A stretch of 52,955 bases of DNA, taken from positions 1 through 52,955 of the IMG/VR virus record IMGVR_UViG_3300050166_000081, one strand, 5' to 3'. The stretch is from a virus (Duplodnaviria; Caudoviricetes). Both the position numbers and the translations under genes were made by a program. This document shows positions 36,201 through 44,972 of the stretch, one piece after another; the first letter of the stretch is position 1; every line of letters starts with the position of its first letter. Under the pieces are notes generated by a model. It made no database searches, had not been told where the DNA came from, and worked only from the letters and a program-made list of their open reading frames with translations.

Positions 36201-36872
36201 GGAAACGATGAGCGTCAGAAAGACTTATTAAATAAGGAAAGAGAAAAAAAGAATAAGGAGTTAGAAGACAAAAAGAAAAAAGAGCAACATAAACAAGCAG
36301 TTTTCAATAAAGCGTCTGCTTTAGCACAAGCCGCAATAAGTACTGCATTAGCGGTTCTTAATGCTTTAAATACAAAGCCATTTTTACCATTAGGACCTAT
36401 TATGGCTACAGTGGCTGGAGCTATGGGAGCTATACAAATAGGGACAATTTTAGCTACTCCAATACCAAAATACAAACATGGTCGTAAAGGTGGAAAAGCT
36501 GAATTTGCAGAAGTTGGGGACGGATATGTAAGTGAGGTTATTACCAAAGCTGATGGTTCTAGTCCAAGAATTACTCCAAATAAACCAACACTTACTTTTC
36601 TTAAACAAGGTGATATTGTACATAAATCAGTAGATGATTATAACCGCTATATGAGGGCTTCAATTTTGAATAAGTTTACCAGAGATAATGAAATGGTTAA
36701 GGGTTTTCAAGCCAATAATATTTATGATAGTTCTTATGGAAAAGAAAGTTTATCGGTAATGAAAGAAACTTTGAGAGCCATTAAAAATCAAAAAAAATCA
36801 ACAGTAGTTAATCTTCCTAAAATTGATATTAATTATCATTTATGGAGAAACAATAATTTAAACTGGAAGTAA
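33276..36872 (+). CDS. Tail tape measure protein (TP901-family core)
   Basis: FEQGVADLSAITGATG..L, G.KGADAGTAIRNVLL, long helical repeats, IPKYK.GRKGG..E.A.VG. Confidence 0.93.
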   Translation: MAEGTITRKDVISDDTLNWGAEYAKTVDAAIGKNKEFVTAIVSLADANNKLRGSFNAADFAENQKKINSANNEAIGIWKEQIQLENSLVSTKKKIELASEGTNRALVKERLELALINKEVKQEQLERLGLVSAYTKLNNARTEAKNKLRDLIASEQASTAEIKKASVEFEKLDSKVKKADQAVGDFSKNVGNYPLSNIASGLKNLISAFGVTGGIVAFASAMKGAYEIVNTFEQGVADLSAITGATGKDLEYLKNQAIELGQETKGGASAVVEAYKLIASAKPELLNNVQALNQVTEATLLLAKAANMEMPAAATALTDAMNQFGAGAEEAQYYVDALANGAKYGSAEIPQLTEAVLKFGAVSKSSNINIKESVALVELLAENGLKGADAGTAIRNVLLKISAPDALPRRAREEMERLGISFDMLKDKTIPIADKLENLKPLLKDNASIVKIFGLENATAAINILSHTDRLKDLTSKMGEYGTANEQARVRMDTVQNKTGLMKSTYDSLILSIGTGKGVISDFFGTMIDGITGGLKDLIRLNTSWDELNLKAKGQGQKSGVKMFSEQFQNLQGTGSDADIAKSIKTVAERDYKVLQGAYKKNEKAIKEFNPYALQNPLGKSGKDLKLEKERLIKDINEKAQIIREANKKISPTIKKPDSPVIPTGSTEEDKDAEKRRKAEAKALKEKLEREKKASDDLYNLEKQRLDRSIQLNNEVAKDDKEADDVRIAALEQSQSKQIELANLSKQHSLDADKFVLEKDKLNVSERTRIKEEAANKIVDIEKKTAEEIDKINQFDPKVYEANLKEGVSKLEIAMNEELAAEEEKFKALGDLSKLNDSAKEKATKDHEQKIFDIKKEFAIATAKLQIANLEAELSAFKLQSDGSKESNAIILETEKKISDAKLKLKQTEVDTFDKGEKKKVLSAKEQATLILEISSDMTGALTDLAGAFFEAKIQQIDDEITKNNEYYDKQLELAGNDERQKDLLNKEREKKNKELEDKKKKEQHKQAVFNKASALAQAAISTALAVLNALNTKPFLPLGPIMATVAGAMGAIQIGTILATPIPKYKHGRKGGKAEFAEVGDGYVSEVITKADGSSPRITPNKPTLTFLKQGDIVHKSVDDYNRYMRASILNKFTRDNEMVKGFQANNIYDSSYGKESLSVMKETLRAIKNQKKSTVVNLPKIDINYHLWRNNNLNWK

Positions 36873-36873
36873 A

Positions 36874-39099
36874 ATGGGAAACATAAATCCAGCATACACG
36901 GATAGAGTTCGTTATACTATTTATAGCAAATCACAAGGATCATTGATAATTGATAAGCCAGAGGGATGGAATAGTGATGAGAAAGAACTTGCTAGAAATG
37001 AACAATATTTTGGCATTGTTTCCAGATTTTCAAATTCTTCAAAGTTTGTAGGTAGTGGAAAAGAGTTTATACAATTAGTCTATGACATTGAGGGAATCAA
37101 TGCCGAAATTCAATTAAAACGAGAAGAAAGACATCCACAAACTGATATTTGGACTTTGAGTTATTCAGGTTATCTAGATTTATCCACTTGGGAAACTGAA
37201 GGGGATAAAATATCTATCAAATTCAATTCTGGCGGTTTAGAACAGGCTTTGAAATCTAGAGAATCTGAGCAAGTTGAAATTGATAGAGAAACATCTATCG
37301 ATGGCAAACCAATTCCAGCTTTAAATCCAATTACAGTTAATTTAGAAGGTAGAAAAGTATTTCTGAAAACAAAATATGGTGTTTCTACAATTGAAAATAC
37401 AGTTGAATTATACAGACAGACTAATGGGCAAACAAGAGGTCAATCTGCACCAATTCCATTAATATTAGAAACTAAATCACATGAAGTTGCACAAAGCCCT
37501 ATTGTTTCAAGTAGAGTAGATGAAGATTCATGGGAAAGAAGCGGTCCTGGAGAATTAGGATTACTTTTTTTTGCAGTAAGTGATAGGGAAAGAACTTTTA
37601 GGTTAAAGCTTGATCTTAGTTTTTACTCTAAAGTTTTAGAAAACGATGATATAAATTTTTTCAAGTTTTTTGTTAGACTAGCTAAATTTAATGGAGCTTC
37701 TGATTATTTATTCAAAACAAATCAAGTTTTATTTGAAACTGACGATTATGGTAAAATAAGCAATAAAACTATTACAATTTCGATTGATCAAAATATTACA
37801 GTTTTAGCAGGAGAAAGTTTAGGTTTAATTGTTGACCAAAACCACGATGGTAGAAATGGTTATAGTTCCCATTTGAGAATTAACCTAAGCAATATCCAAG
37901 CTAATTTAATTTTGGAAGAAAATTCATTTTTTGAACCATCACAAACAAAAGCAATTTTAGCACATGAATTTATGGATCAATTAGTAACCATAAATACTAA
38001 TAAGCAAAAAGCATTTTATTCTGAATTTCTAGGACGCAAAGATTTAGGATATGCCGATGATGGGAAAGGAGCTTTTATGGGTCTAACACATGGGTTTTGG
38101 GTACGTCAATTTGATAAGTTTCCAATTCCAACAGAAAACCCAAAAGTAGAAAATCTTTTCAAACCTTTAACTACTTCTTTTCGAGACACAGTTCAATCAT
38201 TGAATGCGCTTTGGAATGTAGGTGTTGGCATTGAAAGAGTTGGTTACAAAGAAATATTACGTTTGGAAGACAAATCCTATTTCTTTAATAATAACGTTAC
38301 AATTAGGCTTCCAAATCAAGTAAAAAATGTTAAACGATCAGTAGCGGCTCAATATTATTATTCTTCATTAGAATTTGGACCCGAAAAAGGAGGAGATTAC
38401 GAAGAGGCAAATGGACTAGATGAATACAATACCAAGTCAACATACACCACTGTAATCAATCGAATTAAAGAAACCTATTCTATGATTTCTAAATATAGAT
38501 TTGATTCCTATGGTTTAGAATTCGCAAGAAGAAAGCCAAAATTTTTAGATGATACAGCCGATACAAAATACGATAGTGATGTCTTTATTTTAGACTTAAA
38601 AAAGGGAACTTCAAATACCTATGACCAACGTAAGTGGCAGGATGATTTTTCAAAAGAACCTACAGGAGTTTTTGATCCCTCATCGGCAACAAACTTGCGT
38701 TTTTCTCCATTTAATTGTTTGCTTCGTCATTCTTGGTGGTTTTCTGGAGGTTTTCAAAAATACATAACCGATTATGTTCGCTATGGTAGTTCGGTAGCCA
38801 ATAGCCAATTGAAAACAAAATTGATAGGAAAAAACGAATATGCTGAAAATGGGAACATTGTAAATTCAGAATTATCAAAAGCAAGATTCTTCCCAGAATG
38901 GATTGAATTTGAACATATTGTTGATTTTGATATTGCGCAACATTTGGAAGGAACATCCACTATTTTAGGAAAAAAAATACCTAATTTTTATGGATTAGTT
39001 GAATTTATTAATGAGAGAAACGAAACCGAAAAAGGCTTTTTATTTAGCGTAAAGCCAAATGGAAAAGGACAATGGAAAATTTTAAAGTCTAACAGATAA
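36874..39099 (+). CDS. Tail tip/hub protein (putative)
   Basis: PEGW, GLDEYNTK, NLRFSP..CLLRH motifs; follows the tape measure gene. Confidence 0.7.
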   Translation: MGNINPAYTDRVRYTIYSKSQGSLIIDKPEGWNSDEKELARNEQYFGIVSRFSNSSKFVGSGKEFIQLVYDIEGINAEIQLKREERHPQTDIWTLSYSGYLDLSTWETEGDKISIKFNSGGLEQALKSRESEQVEIDRETSIDGKPIPALNPITVNLEGRKVFLKTKYGVSTIENTVELYRQTNGQTRGQSAPIPLILETKSHEVAQSPIVSSRVDEDSWERSGPGELGLLFFAVSDRERTFRLKLDLSFYSKVLENDDINFFKFFVRLAKFNGASDYLFKTNQVLFETDDYGKISNKTITISIDQNITVLAGESLGLIVDQNHDGRNGYSSHLRINLSNIQANLILEENSFFEPSQTKAILAHEFMDQLVTINTNKQKAFYSEFLGRKDLGYADDGKGAFMGLTHGFWVRQFDKFPIPTENPKVENLFKPLTTSFRDTVQSLNALWNVGVGIERVGYKEILRLEDKSYFFNNNVTIRLPNQVKNVKRSVAAQYYYSSLEFGPEKGGDYEEANGLDEYNTKSTYTTVINRIKETYSMISKYRFDSYGLEFARRKPKFLDDTADTKYDSDVFILDLKKGTSNTYDQRKWQDDFSKEPTGVFDPSSATNLRFSPFNCLLRHSWWFSGGFQKYITDYVRYGSSVANSQLKTKLIGKNEYAENGNIVNSELSKARFFPEWIEFEHIVDFDIAQHLEGTSTILGKKIPNFYGLVEFINERNETEKGFLFSVKPNGKGQWKILKSNR

Positions 39100-39110
39100 A
39101 ATATAGAATT

Positions 39111-41075
39111 ATGATAACAAAAATAATATTTGAAAATAAACCCGTAAATGGGGATTTTATAAAGTTTACAAGAAATGGTGTTGTATATACATTTACTTAT
39201 TCAAGTACTGTAAATCTATCAACTAGACCACAATTCTCATTATCTATTCATGGAGGTTCTAATGGTTCTCAAGCGGTTCAGACAGGTGATCAAATGATAA
39301 TTGATTGTGCTTTTTTAGCCGCTGAATCATTTAATACTTATTTTGCTAATTCTCCTGGTTGGATTATATTTGATACTAATGACGGCTCAGTTTTAACTGA
39401 CTTTGAACTAAGTTCAAATTTTGCATATTTAGAATACCCAATTTCAATAACAACCGTAGTATTTTCATCCGCAACCAATGACAAATGCCAAAAAGTAAAG
39501 GCTACAGTTACCACAAGTGAATTGGCAACTAAAATAATATCGCCTTTTCAATTAAATGGAAATACTGAAAATCCTTTTACTTTCGAATGGGTTCGTGGGC
39601 AGATAATTACTTTAGAAGTAGAAAATAGTAGTAGAGGAAAAGCAAATAGATCAATAACTTTTCCCGATTCGCTTAATGCTGCAAATTTTACAATTCAAGT
39701 AAATAATAGTCCTAATGGCGCATCTGTAATTGTAAATAGTACTTTGATAAACGGCTTGGTTTTACAATACTCAAAAGATGGCACAAATTGGCAAACTTCC
39801 AATGTATTTTCTGGAATTCAAGCAGGAAATCATACTATTTATGTAAAGGATCAATACGGCTGTTCGTTTGAAAAAGAGTATTTGGTGGACGAATTAGGAA
39901 TAACCGAACCTTTTTTTTACATCTCAAAAGCTAATTCAATCCGATATGCAGAAAGGATAATTTTTGGCAATAGTACCAATTACAAAAATGATGAAAACAC
40001 ACTAAGTTGTGAGGTAGATGCTAAGCTTCCGTATATGGAAATACAACCATTTCAAACCTCCGACTTAATCACAACGCAATTCAAATCCAATTATAAAAAC
40101 ATATCCGCAAAAATCATAAAATCGAATAATTCAGAGATTGAATTATCTGTAGAAATAAAATCAAATAATATCGGAATCAAAGACAAACGGGACGCCTTGA
40201 AGTACGGTTTAGGTGGCGGAAAAAGCGGTATTTATTTCAATGCGGGCAACAAGTACGATTATGATGCTGGAACCGTTTCAGATTCCTATTCACTAAATGG
40301 ATTATTACCAGAATGGGCTCAAATTGGTAGTTATTTCAGCATCAATTCAGTTTGGTACAAAATAGACCAAATCGTTTTTGACGAAAATAAGAGCGCAGAT
40401 GTGATTGTGTTTTCAGATAATTACACTGGTGCCGATACTCCTATAATAGTAGGTGCGATTTATAATCGATTTGAATATGAAGTGTATGAATTTCAGGTTG
40501 ATATGTCACTTTATGAAAATGAATATTTTAGGGTTAAAATTATTAATTCAGACCCTAATTTTGGAACTAAAACACATTTAAGTGAAAAGATTTATTGTTT
40601 GGATAGACATAAAAATACGCTCGAAATTAGATACAGTAACTCATCCAATACAGACATTTTTTACTCTACAGGAATCGAACATTTAATCAGAGTTTTTTAT
40701 ACAAATATCAAAGGGAAAACAGAAGAAGAATCTGAAACCTACAAAACAGATACCAATGCAAAATTATTGAATGCCGATTTATTTGAGGTAGACGATTTTA
40801 TTTTTGAGCCATTAACTAAAGAGATGTGGCGCAAGCTAGCTCAGGCACTATCTCATGAGAAAGTGACAATTGATGGTGTTGGATATGTTAAAAGTGGTAA
40901 TTTCAATACTGAAGGACCATTGAATGATTCAAATCTTTATGTGTTAACCGCTACTATGATTAAAACAGGAAATGTTTATAATTCTAAAACTTCTGGAGGT
41001 TCAATTGAACTGGTTGATGATGCTATTGAGGTACCAAACTTAATAACTACAAATACTGGATTTATTAGTTATTAA
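39111..41075 (+). CDS. Tail/baseplate protein with SprB/Ig-like repeat
   Basis: QYSKDGTNWQTSNVFSGI.AG.HTIYVKD.YGC repeat. Confidence 0.7.
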   Translation: MITKIIFENKPVNGDFIKFTRNGVVYTFTYSSTVNLSTRPQFSLSIHGGSNGSQAVQTGDQMIIDCAFLAAESFNTYFANSPGWIIFDTNDGSVLTDFELSSNFAYLEYPISITTVVFSSATNDKCQKVKATVTTSELATKIISPFQLNGNTENPFTFEWVRGQIITLEVENSSRGKANRSITFPDSLNAANFTIQVNNSPNGASVIVNSTLINGLVLQYSKDGTNWQTSNVFSGIQAGNHTIYVKDQYGCSFEKEYLVDELGITEPFFYISKANSIRYAERIIFGNSTNYKNDENTLSCEVDAKLPYMEIQPFQTSDLITTQFKSNYKNISAKIIKSNNSEIELSVEIKSNNIGIKDKRDALKYGLGGGKSGIYFNAGNKYDYDAGTVSDSYSLNGLLPEWAQIGSYFSINSVWYKIDQIVFDENKSADVIVFSDNYTGADTPIIVGAIYNRFEYEVYEFQVDMSLYENEYFRVKIINSDPNFGTKTHLSEKIYCLDRHKNTLEIRYSNSSNTDIFYSTGIEHLIRVFYTNIKGKTEEESETYKTDTNAKLLNADLFEVDDFIFEPLTKEMWRKLAQALSHEKVTIDGVGYVKSGNFNTEGPLNDSNLYVLTATMIKTGNVYNSKTSGGSIELVDDAIEVPNLITTNTGFISY

Positions 41076-41093
41076 AATCAACCTTATTTAAGC

Positions 41094-41127
41094 AAAAAGC
41101 CGCTAAACTTAATTAGCGGCTTTTTTT
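41094..41127. terminator. Bidirectional terminator
   Basis: AAAAAGCCGCTAA/TTAGCGGCTTTTT between convergent genes. Confidence 0.85.
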
Positions 41128-41130
41128 AAC

Positions 41131-41370
41131 CTATTTAGAGATTTTTATATTTTGTCTACAATAATTTAAAATTCTAATTATTTCTGTATTGTCTAAAGGT
41201 ATTTTAATGATACTTTTTTCTTGAATTTCATGATCAAAAAGTATCCATTTTTTACTTTCTCTTTCAAAACTAATTAGGATATTTTCATTAGAAAAACCAT
41301 CTTTAGTTTCTCCCCAATTAAAAGCTATTTTACTTTTAATTTCATCATATCCAATTTCCTCAATTTCCAT
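41131..41370 (-). CDS. Hypothetical moron protein
   Basis: Minus-strand ORF coupled to 41372-41581. Confidence 0.6.
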   Translation of the reverse strand: MEIEEIGYDEIKSKIAFNWGETKDGFSNENILISFERESKKWILFDHEIQEKSIIKIPLDNTEIIRILNYCRQNIKISK

Positions 41371-41371
41371 T

Positions 41372-41581
41372 TTATTTTTTTTCTCTCAATTCAAAAACTT
41401 TCTTCCTCGTTTGTTCATCAATAATATTTATGCTTTTATGTTCATGATAGTGATGATGAACTGACCTATCTATATATGTTGTTTTTTCGTCTGGAAACAA
41501 AGTATTCCCAATCGATTTTCCTATAGAATAACCTCCTCCGACAAAAATAACAAACAGTATAAGTAGAAATATAAACATCAT
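41372..41581 (-). CDS. Single-TM protein with His-rich HHHYHEH motif (moron)
   Basis: N-terminal TM helix; minus-strand TAATTTTG -7 element at 41583-90. Confidence 0.65.
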   Translation of the reverse strand: MMFIFLLILFVIFVGGGYSIGKSIGNTLFPDEKTTYIDRSVHHHYHEHKSINIIDEQTRKKVFELREKK

Positions 41582-41622
41582 TCAAAATTACAAAAATTGA
41601 TTTTAAATAAATTTAAATTTTA

Positions 41623-41666
41623 TTATTTAGAATAATTATAAATAGAACATATTTTGTTACATTTGT
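41623..41666 (+). promoter_or_regulatory. Fibre/lysis-operon promoter: Fur-like palindrome + AACATATTTTGTT + TACATTTG
   Basis: 42/44 identical to 27478-27521. Confidence 0.8.
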
Positions 41667-41686
41667 CAAATAAAACATTCAGTATC

Positions 41687-42094
41687 ATGAGTTTTCAAAA
41701 TTTTGTCATTGGTCGTTTAACTGCTCTAACTAGCGCAATTAATTCAATGGTTACTAATGCAAAGAATATTGAAGACTTACCACACCAAGATATTTATAAT
41801 CCATTATCAAAAGTTCATGTTTCAAATGCTGGAGTTTCTCAACATTTAACCATACAAGATATAGTTTCAAAAGCAGATTCAAGACCTATTGATTTCATGG
41901 AACTTCGAATTATCGCTCGTGGAGGCGGAAACACTACAGGCACAGATCAACCAGGAGATTTTGTATCAGGTTGGGGAACTTGGGATTCAGATACAAATAC
42001 TGGAGTTTATTGGGATAAGGCAATTTGGAATGGAGGAAACCGAAGTGACAGGACTAACTATACAGTTTTACAATTTACAGAAATAGGAACTTAA
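41687..42094 (+). CDS. Hypothetical tail-associated protein (ATG 41687)
   Basis: First gene after the promoter. Confidence 0.6.
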   Translation: MSFQNFVIGRLTALTSAINSMVTNAKNIEDLPHQDIYNPLSKVHVSNAGVSQHLTIQDIVSKADSRPIDFMELRIIARGGGNTTGTDQPGDFVSGWGTWDSDTNTGVYWDKAIWNGGNRSDRTNYTVLQFTEIGT

Positions 42095-42110
42095 AATTAA
42101 TTATACAAAC

Positions 42111-43565
42111 ATGAAAAAGTACTTTTTTTTATTGCTATTCACAGCAATTTCTTTCGCTCAAACAACAGGAGTAACAAAACTTAAGATTACATCAAATCCT
42201 GAAAAAACAGCCGCTACTCGTGTAATGGTTCAAGATGCTACAACTGGTGAGGTTGGGTATGTAGATAAAACCACGATTTCCCAATCAATAAAAACCACCA
42301 AAACAGTTCGCAACCAAACAGGCTCAACTTTAACTAAAGGAACGGTGGTATACCAAAGCGGAGTGTCAGGGGGTAAATTATTAGTAGCTAAGGCGCTTGC
42401 ATCGGTTAGGTTCATGAGCGAGACTACACTTGGTATTGTAGAAAATGATATACCTAATAATACTGATGGGAATGTAGTTACATCAGGCACATTTACAGGC
42501 TTCAATACGGCTAGTTTTTTTGAAAACTCAACTCTTTATTTGTCGGACGTTACAGCAGGCACTGTTACGGCTACAAAGCCTTCTTCTCCTAGTTATGGTA
42601 TTAGTTTAGGCGTTGTAACGGCTGTTGGAACAACTGGAAGCATTGATATTAGAATAGGTAGCGCTATCGTCAGTAAGTTAGATGTAGGCTTAAGTAATGT
42701 AGACAATACTACTGATGCAAACAAACCTATTTCAACAGCTACACAAACAGCTTTGAATTTAAAAGCTAATGATAGCGAGGTAGCTAAATTAGCAGGAAAT
42801 CAGATTATAACTGGTAGTAAAGAATTTGCAAACGACATCACAGTTAATGGCTTAATTATTGGGCGGGGACATAATAATGTTTTAGGAAATTCTGTGTTTG
42901 GATTCAATGCATTAATGAACAATACTACTGGAAGTGCAAATATAGCTATTGGTTTTTCTTCTTTGTATTACAATGCTTCTGGGGATTCTAATTTAGCCAT
43001 AGGTCCTGGCGCTCTTTTTTCAAACACTTTAGGGTCTGTAAATGTGGCAATAGGAAATGCAAGCCTTTCTAATAACATTTCGGGAAATTCAAATGTTGCA
43101 ATAGGACCATCATCATTAGGTAATAATCAATATGGTTATGGAAATATAGCTATAGGTGAGGCTTCTGGTACAGATTCAGTAGCTAATATTACTAATCAAA
43201 ATAGTCAAATAGTAATGGGAAATAACAGTCATACAAATGCCTACATTAAGATTGGATGGACTGTAACTTCGGATGCTCGAGATAAAACAAATTTCGCTCC
43301 AGTTCCTTACGGTTTATCCTTTGTTAATTCTTTACAGCCCATAAAATACCAATTCAAAAAATCAAGAACAGATAGTACGCCTGTAGGGGATATTAAGTAC
43401 GGATTCAAGGCACAAGATATATTGGCGCTTGAGGGAGCTAATCCTGTTATAATTGATGCGAAAGACCCAAATAATCTGAAGTACACAGAATCAAACATGA
43501 TTCCGGTGCTTGTTAAGGCTATTCAAGAACTATCAGCACAAGTCGAACTTTTAAAATTGAAGTAA
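42111..43565 (+). CDS. Tail-fibre-like protein with N.AIG repeats, S74 chaperone and N-terminal signal peptide
   Basis: MKKYFFLLLFTAISFA-Q; VDNTTDANKPISTATQTAL; N.A[IV]G..[AS]L..N..G repeats; TSDARDK...GF.AQD...LVKAIQEL. Confidence 0.85.
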   Translation: MKKYFFLLLFTAISFAQTTGVTKLKITSNPEKTAATRVMVQDATTGEVGYVDKTTISQSIKTTKTVRNQTGSTLTKGTVVYQSGVSGGKLLVAKALASVRFMSETTLGIVENDIPNNTDGNVVTSGTFTGFNTASFFENSTLYLSDVTAGTVTATKPSSPSYGISLGVVTAVGTTGSIDIRIGSAIVSKLDVGLSNVDNTTDANKPISTATQTALNLKANDSEVAKLAGNQIITGSKEFANDITVNGLIIGRGHNNVLGNSVFGFNALMNNTTGSANIAIGFSSLYYNASGDSNLAIGPGALFSNTLGSVNVAIGNASLSNNISGNSNVAIGPSSLGNNQYGYGNIAIGEASGTDSVANITNQNSQIVMGNNSHTNAYIKIGWTVTSDARDKTNFAPVPYGLSFVNSLQPIKYQFKKSRTDSTPVGDIKYGFKAQDILALEGANPVIIDAKDPNNLKYTESNMIPVLVKAIQELSAQVELLKLK

Positions 43566-43566
43566 G

Positions 43567-43932
43567 ATGATTTGCGGAAACGATGAATTAAGACTTCCTG
43601 ATCATAAGAAAGGAACTACTTGGGATGGTATATCATTGGCTTTTTCAAATAAAGAAGAAGGCAATGTTAAGACGCCTATGGATGTAAGCGCTATTGAAGT
43701 GGTAGGTAAGCTAATTAAAGGTCGCCTAGGCTCGACAGCTTTGGAAATGTCAACGGATAATGGTGCTATCGTGATGGGTGATACTGAAAATCCTACAGCA
43801 ACTAACATCATTAGTTTTCTGCCACGCATAATTAATCTTCCGGCTTATGACTATACGTTTGAAATCAAGATTTATTATCCTGACGGCACAAATTATCCAT
43901 TTCCTAAGATTTTTTGGAATATAACTGATTAA
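43567..43932 (+). CDS. BppU-like adapter domain protein (putative)
   Basis: HKKGTTWDG...Y.FEI.I.YPDG pattern. Confidence 0.55.
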   Translation: MICGNDELRLPDHKKGTTWDGISLAFSNKEEGNVKTPMDVSAIEVVGKLIKGRLGSTALEMSTDNGAIVMGDTENPTATNIISFLPRIINLPAYDYTFEIKIYYPDGTNYPFPKIFWNITD

Positions 43933-43936
43933 AAAA

Positions 43937-44158
43937 ATGGAAGTAGTAATCAATCAAACCATTAAAAAAATAGACGTTCAGCTTACTTCTAATCCTAAGC
44001 GGTTCGAAGTAGTAGTATCTTCTAATAAAGTGGATATCGTAGTGGAAATGTCCACATTAGGCAAACAAGGGTTGCCTGGCAAAAATGCTGACCTATCCAT
44101 TCTAGGCAATTATGAACGCGACTTTGCACAAGATTTTTTAATAGCACTTAATACTTAA
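43937..44158 (+). CDS. Small fibre-module protein
   Basis: GKQGLPGKNA collagen-like triplets; C-terminal RDF..DF. Confidence 0.6.
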   Translation: MEVVINQTIKKIDVQLTSNPKRFEVVVSSNKVDIVVEMSTLGKQGLPGKNADLSILGNYERDFAQDFLIALNT

Positions 44159-44163
44159 GAATT

Positions 44164-44670
44164 ATGACACACGAAGAAAGAATAGTAGCCTTAGCGGTTC
44201 AAGCGGCTAATACGATCAAAGCAGTAAATGCAAAAATTGGCAATATCGCTAATTTATCTACTGTTGATAAAACAAGCATTGTTGCAGCTCTAAACGAGTT
44301 GAAATCGAACATCATTGCGTTACCAGCTCCAAGCTCGGTAATTGATGATGCCACTCCAGCCTTAAACAAAACATATAGCTCAACTAAAATCACTTCGTTG
44401 ATTACAACGGCAGTAGCTAATCTAATCAATGGAGCTGGTAGTGACAGTGATACCTTGAAAGAGCTAGCCGATAAGATTGTGGCTTTGGCGCAAACGGATA
44501 CTGGTTTAGTTTCAGTTGCATTGGCGCAGTCTTTCACAGACGTGCAAAAAGCACAGGCACGAACAAATATAGGCGCTGCATCGGCTACCGATTTAGCTGC
44601 TTTAGCGACTAACATTGGCAATACAGATAGAGACTTTGTAGCCGATTTTAACACTGCTTATTTAAGCTGA
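44164..44670 (+). CDS. Fibre-module helical protein
   Basis: IG.IANL.T.DKTSIVAALNEL, TYSSTKI, DTLKELAD, QKAQARTNIGA motifs. Confidence 0.75.
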   Translation: MTHEERIVALAVQAANTIKAVNAKIGNIANLSTVDKTSIVAALNELKSNIIALPAPSSVIDDATPALNKTYSSTKITSLITTAVANLINGAGSDSDTLKELADKIVALAQTDTGLVSVALAQSFTDVQKAQARTNIGAASATDLAALATNIGNTDRDFVADFNTAYLS

Positions 44671-44671
44671 A

Positions 44672-44971
44672 ATGAGTTTAGAAACTAGAATATCGTTAGT
44701 TATCAGTCACATCGCTACGTTGATGAAAGCGATGGCTGTTTCTATTGACAAAAAAGCCAATAAAGAAAACTGGTTTACGCTAGTTTCAGGCTTTTCGTCA
44801 ATTGAAAAACTGCCAGACATTGCTACTGGAAGAGTGGCAAAATACACCTATCCAGGTGGGGGTGTTCGCTATCGATTCATTGCAAACGATAAAAGCGAAG
44901 ATAGTTTCTATACTACATTCCAAAACGGAGTATTAACTGGGCTTACTGCGACCAAAAAAATAATATTGTAG
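44672..44971 (+). CDS. Fibre-module protein
   Basis: MSLETRI N-terminus resembles that of 44164. Confidence 0.6.
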   Translation: MSLETRISLVISHIATLMKAMAVSIDKKANKENWFTLVSGFSSIEKLPDIATGRVAKYTYPGGGVRYRFIANDKSEDSFYTTFQNGVLTGLTATKKIIL

Positions 44972-44972
44972 G

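Noticed and set aside
42880-43160. Nucleotide-level repeats in the fibre gene
   Set aside because: Explained by 14-aa N.AIG protein repeats
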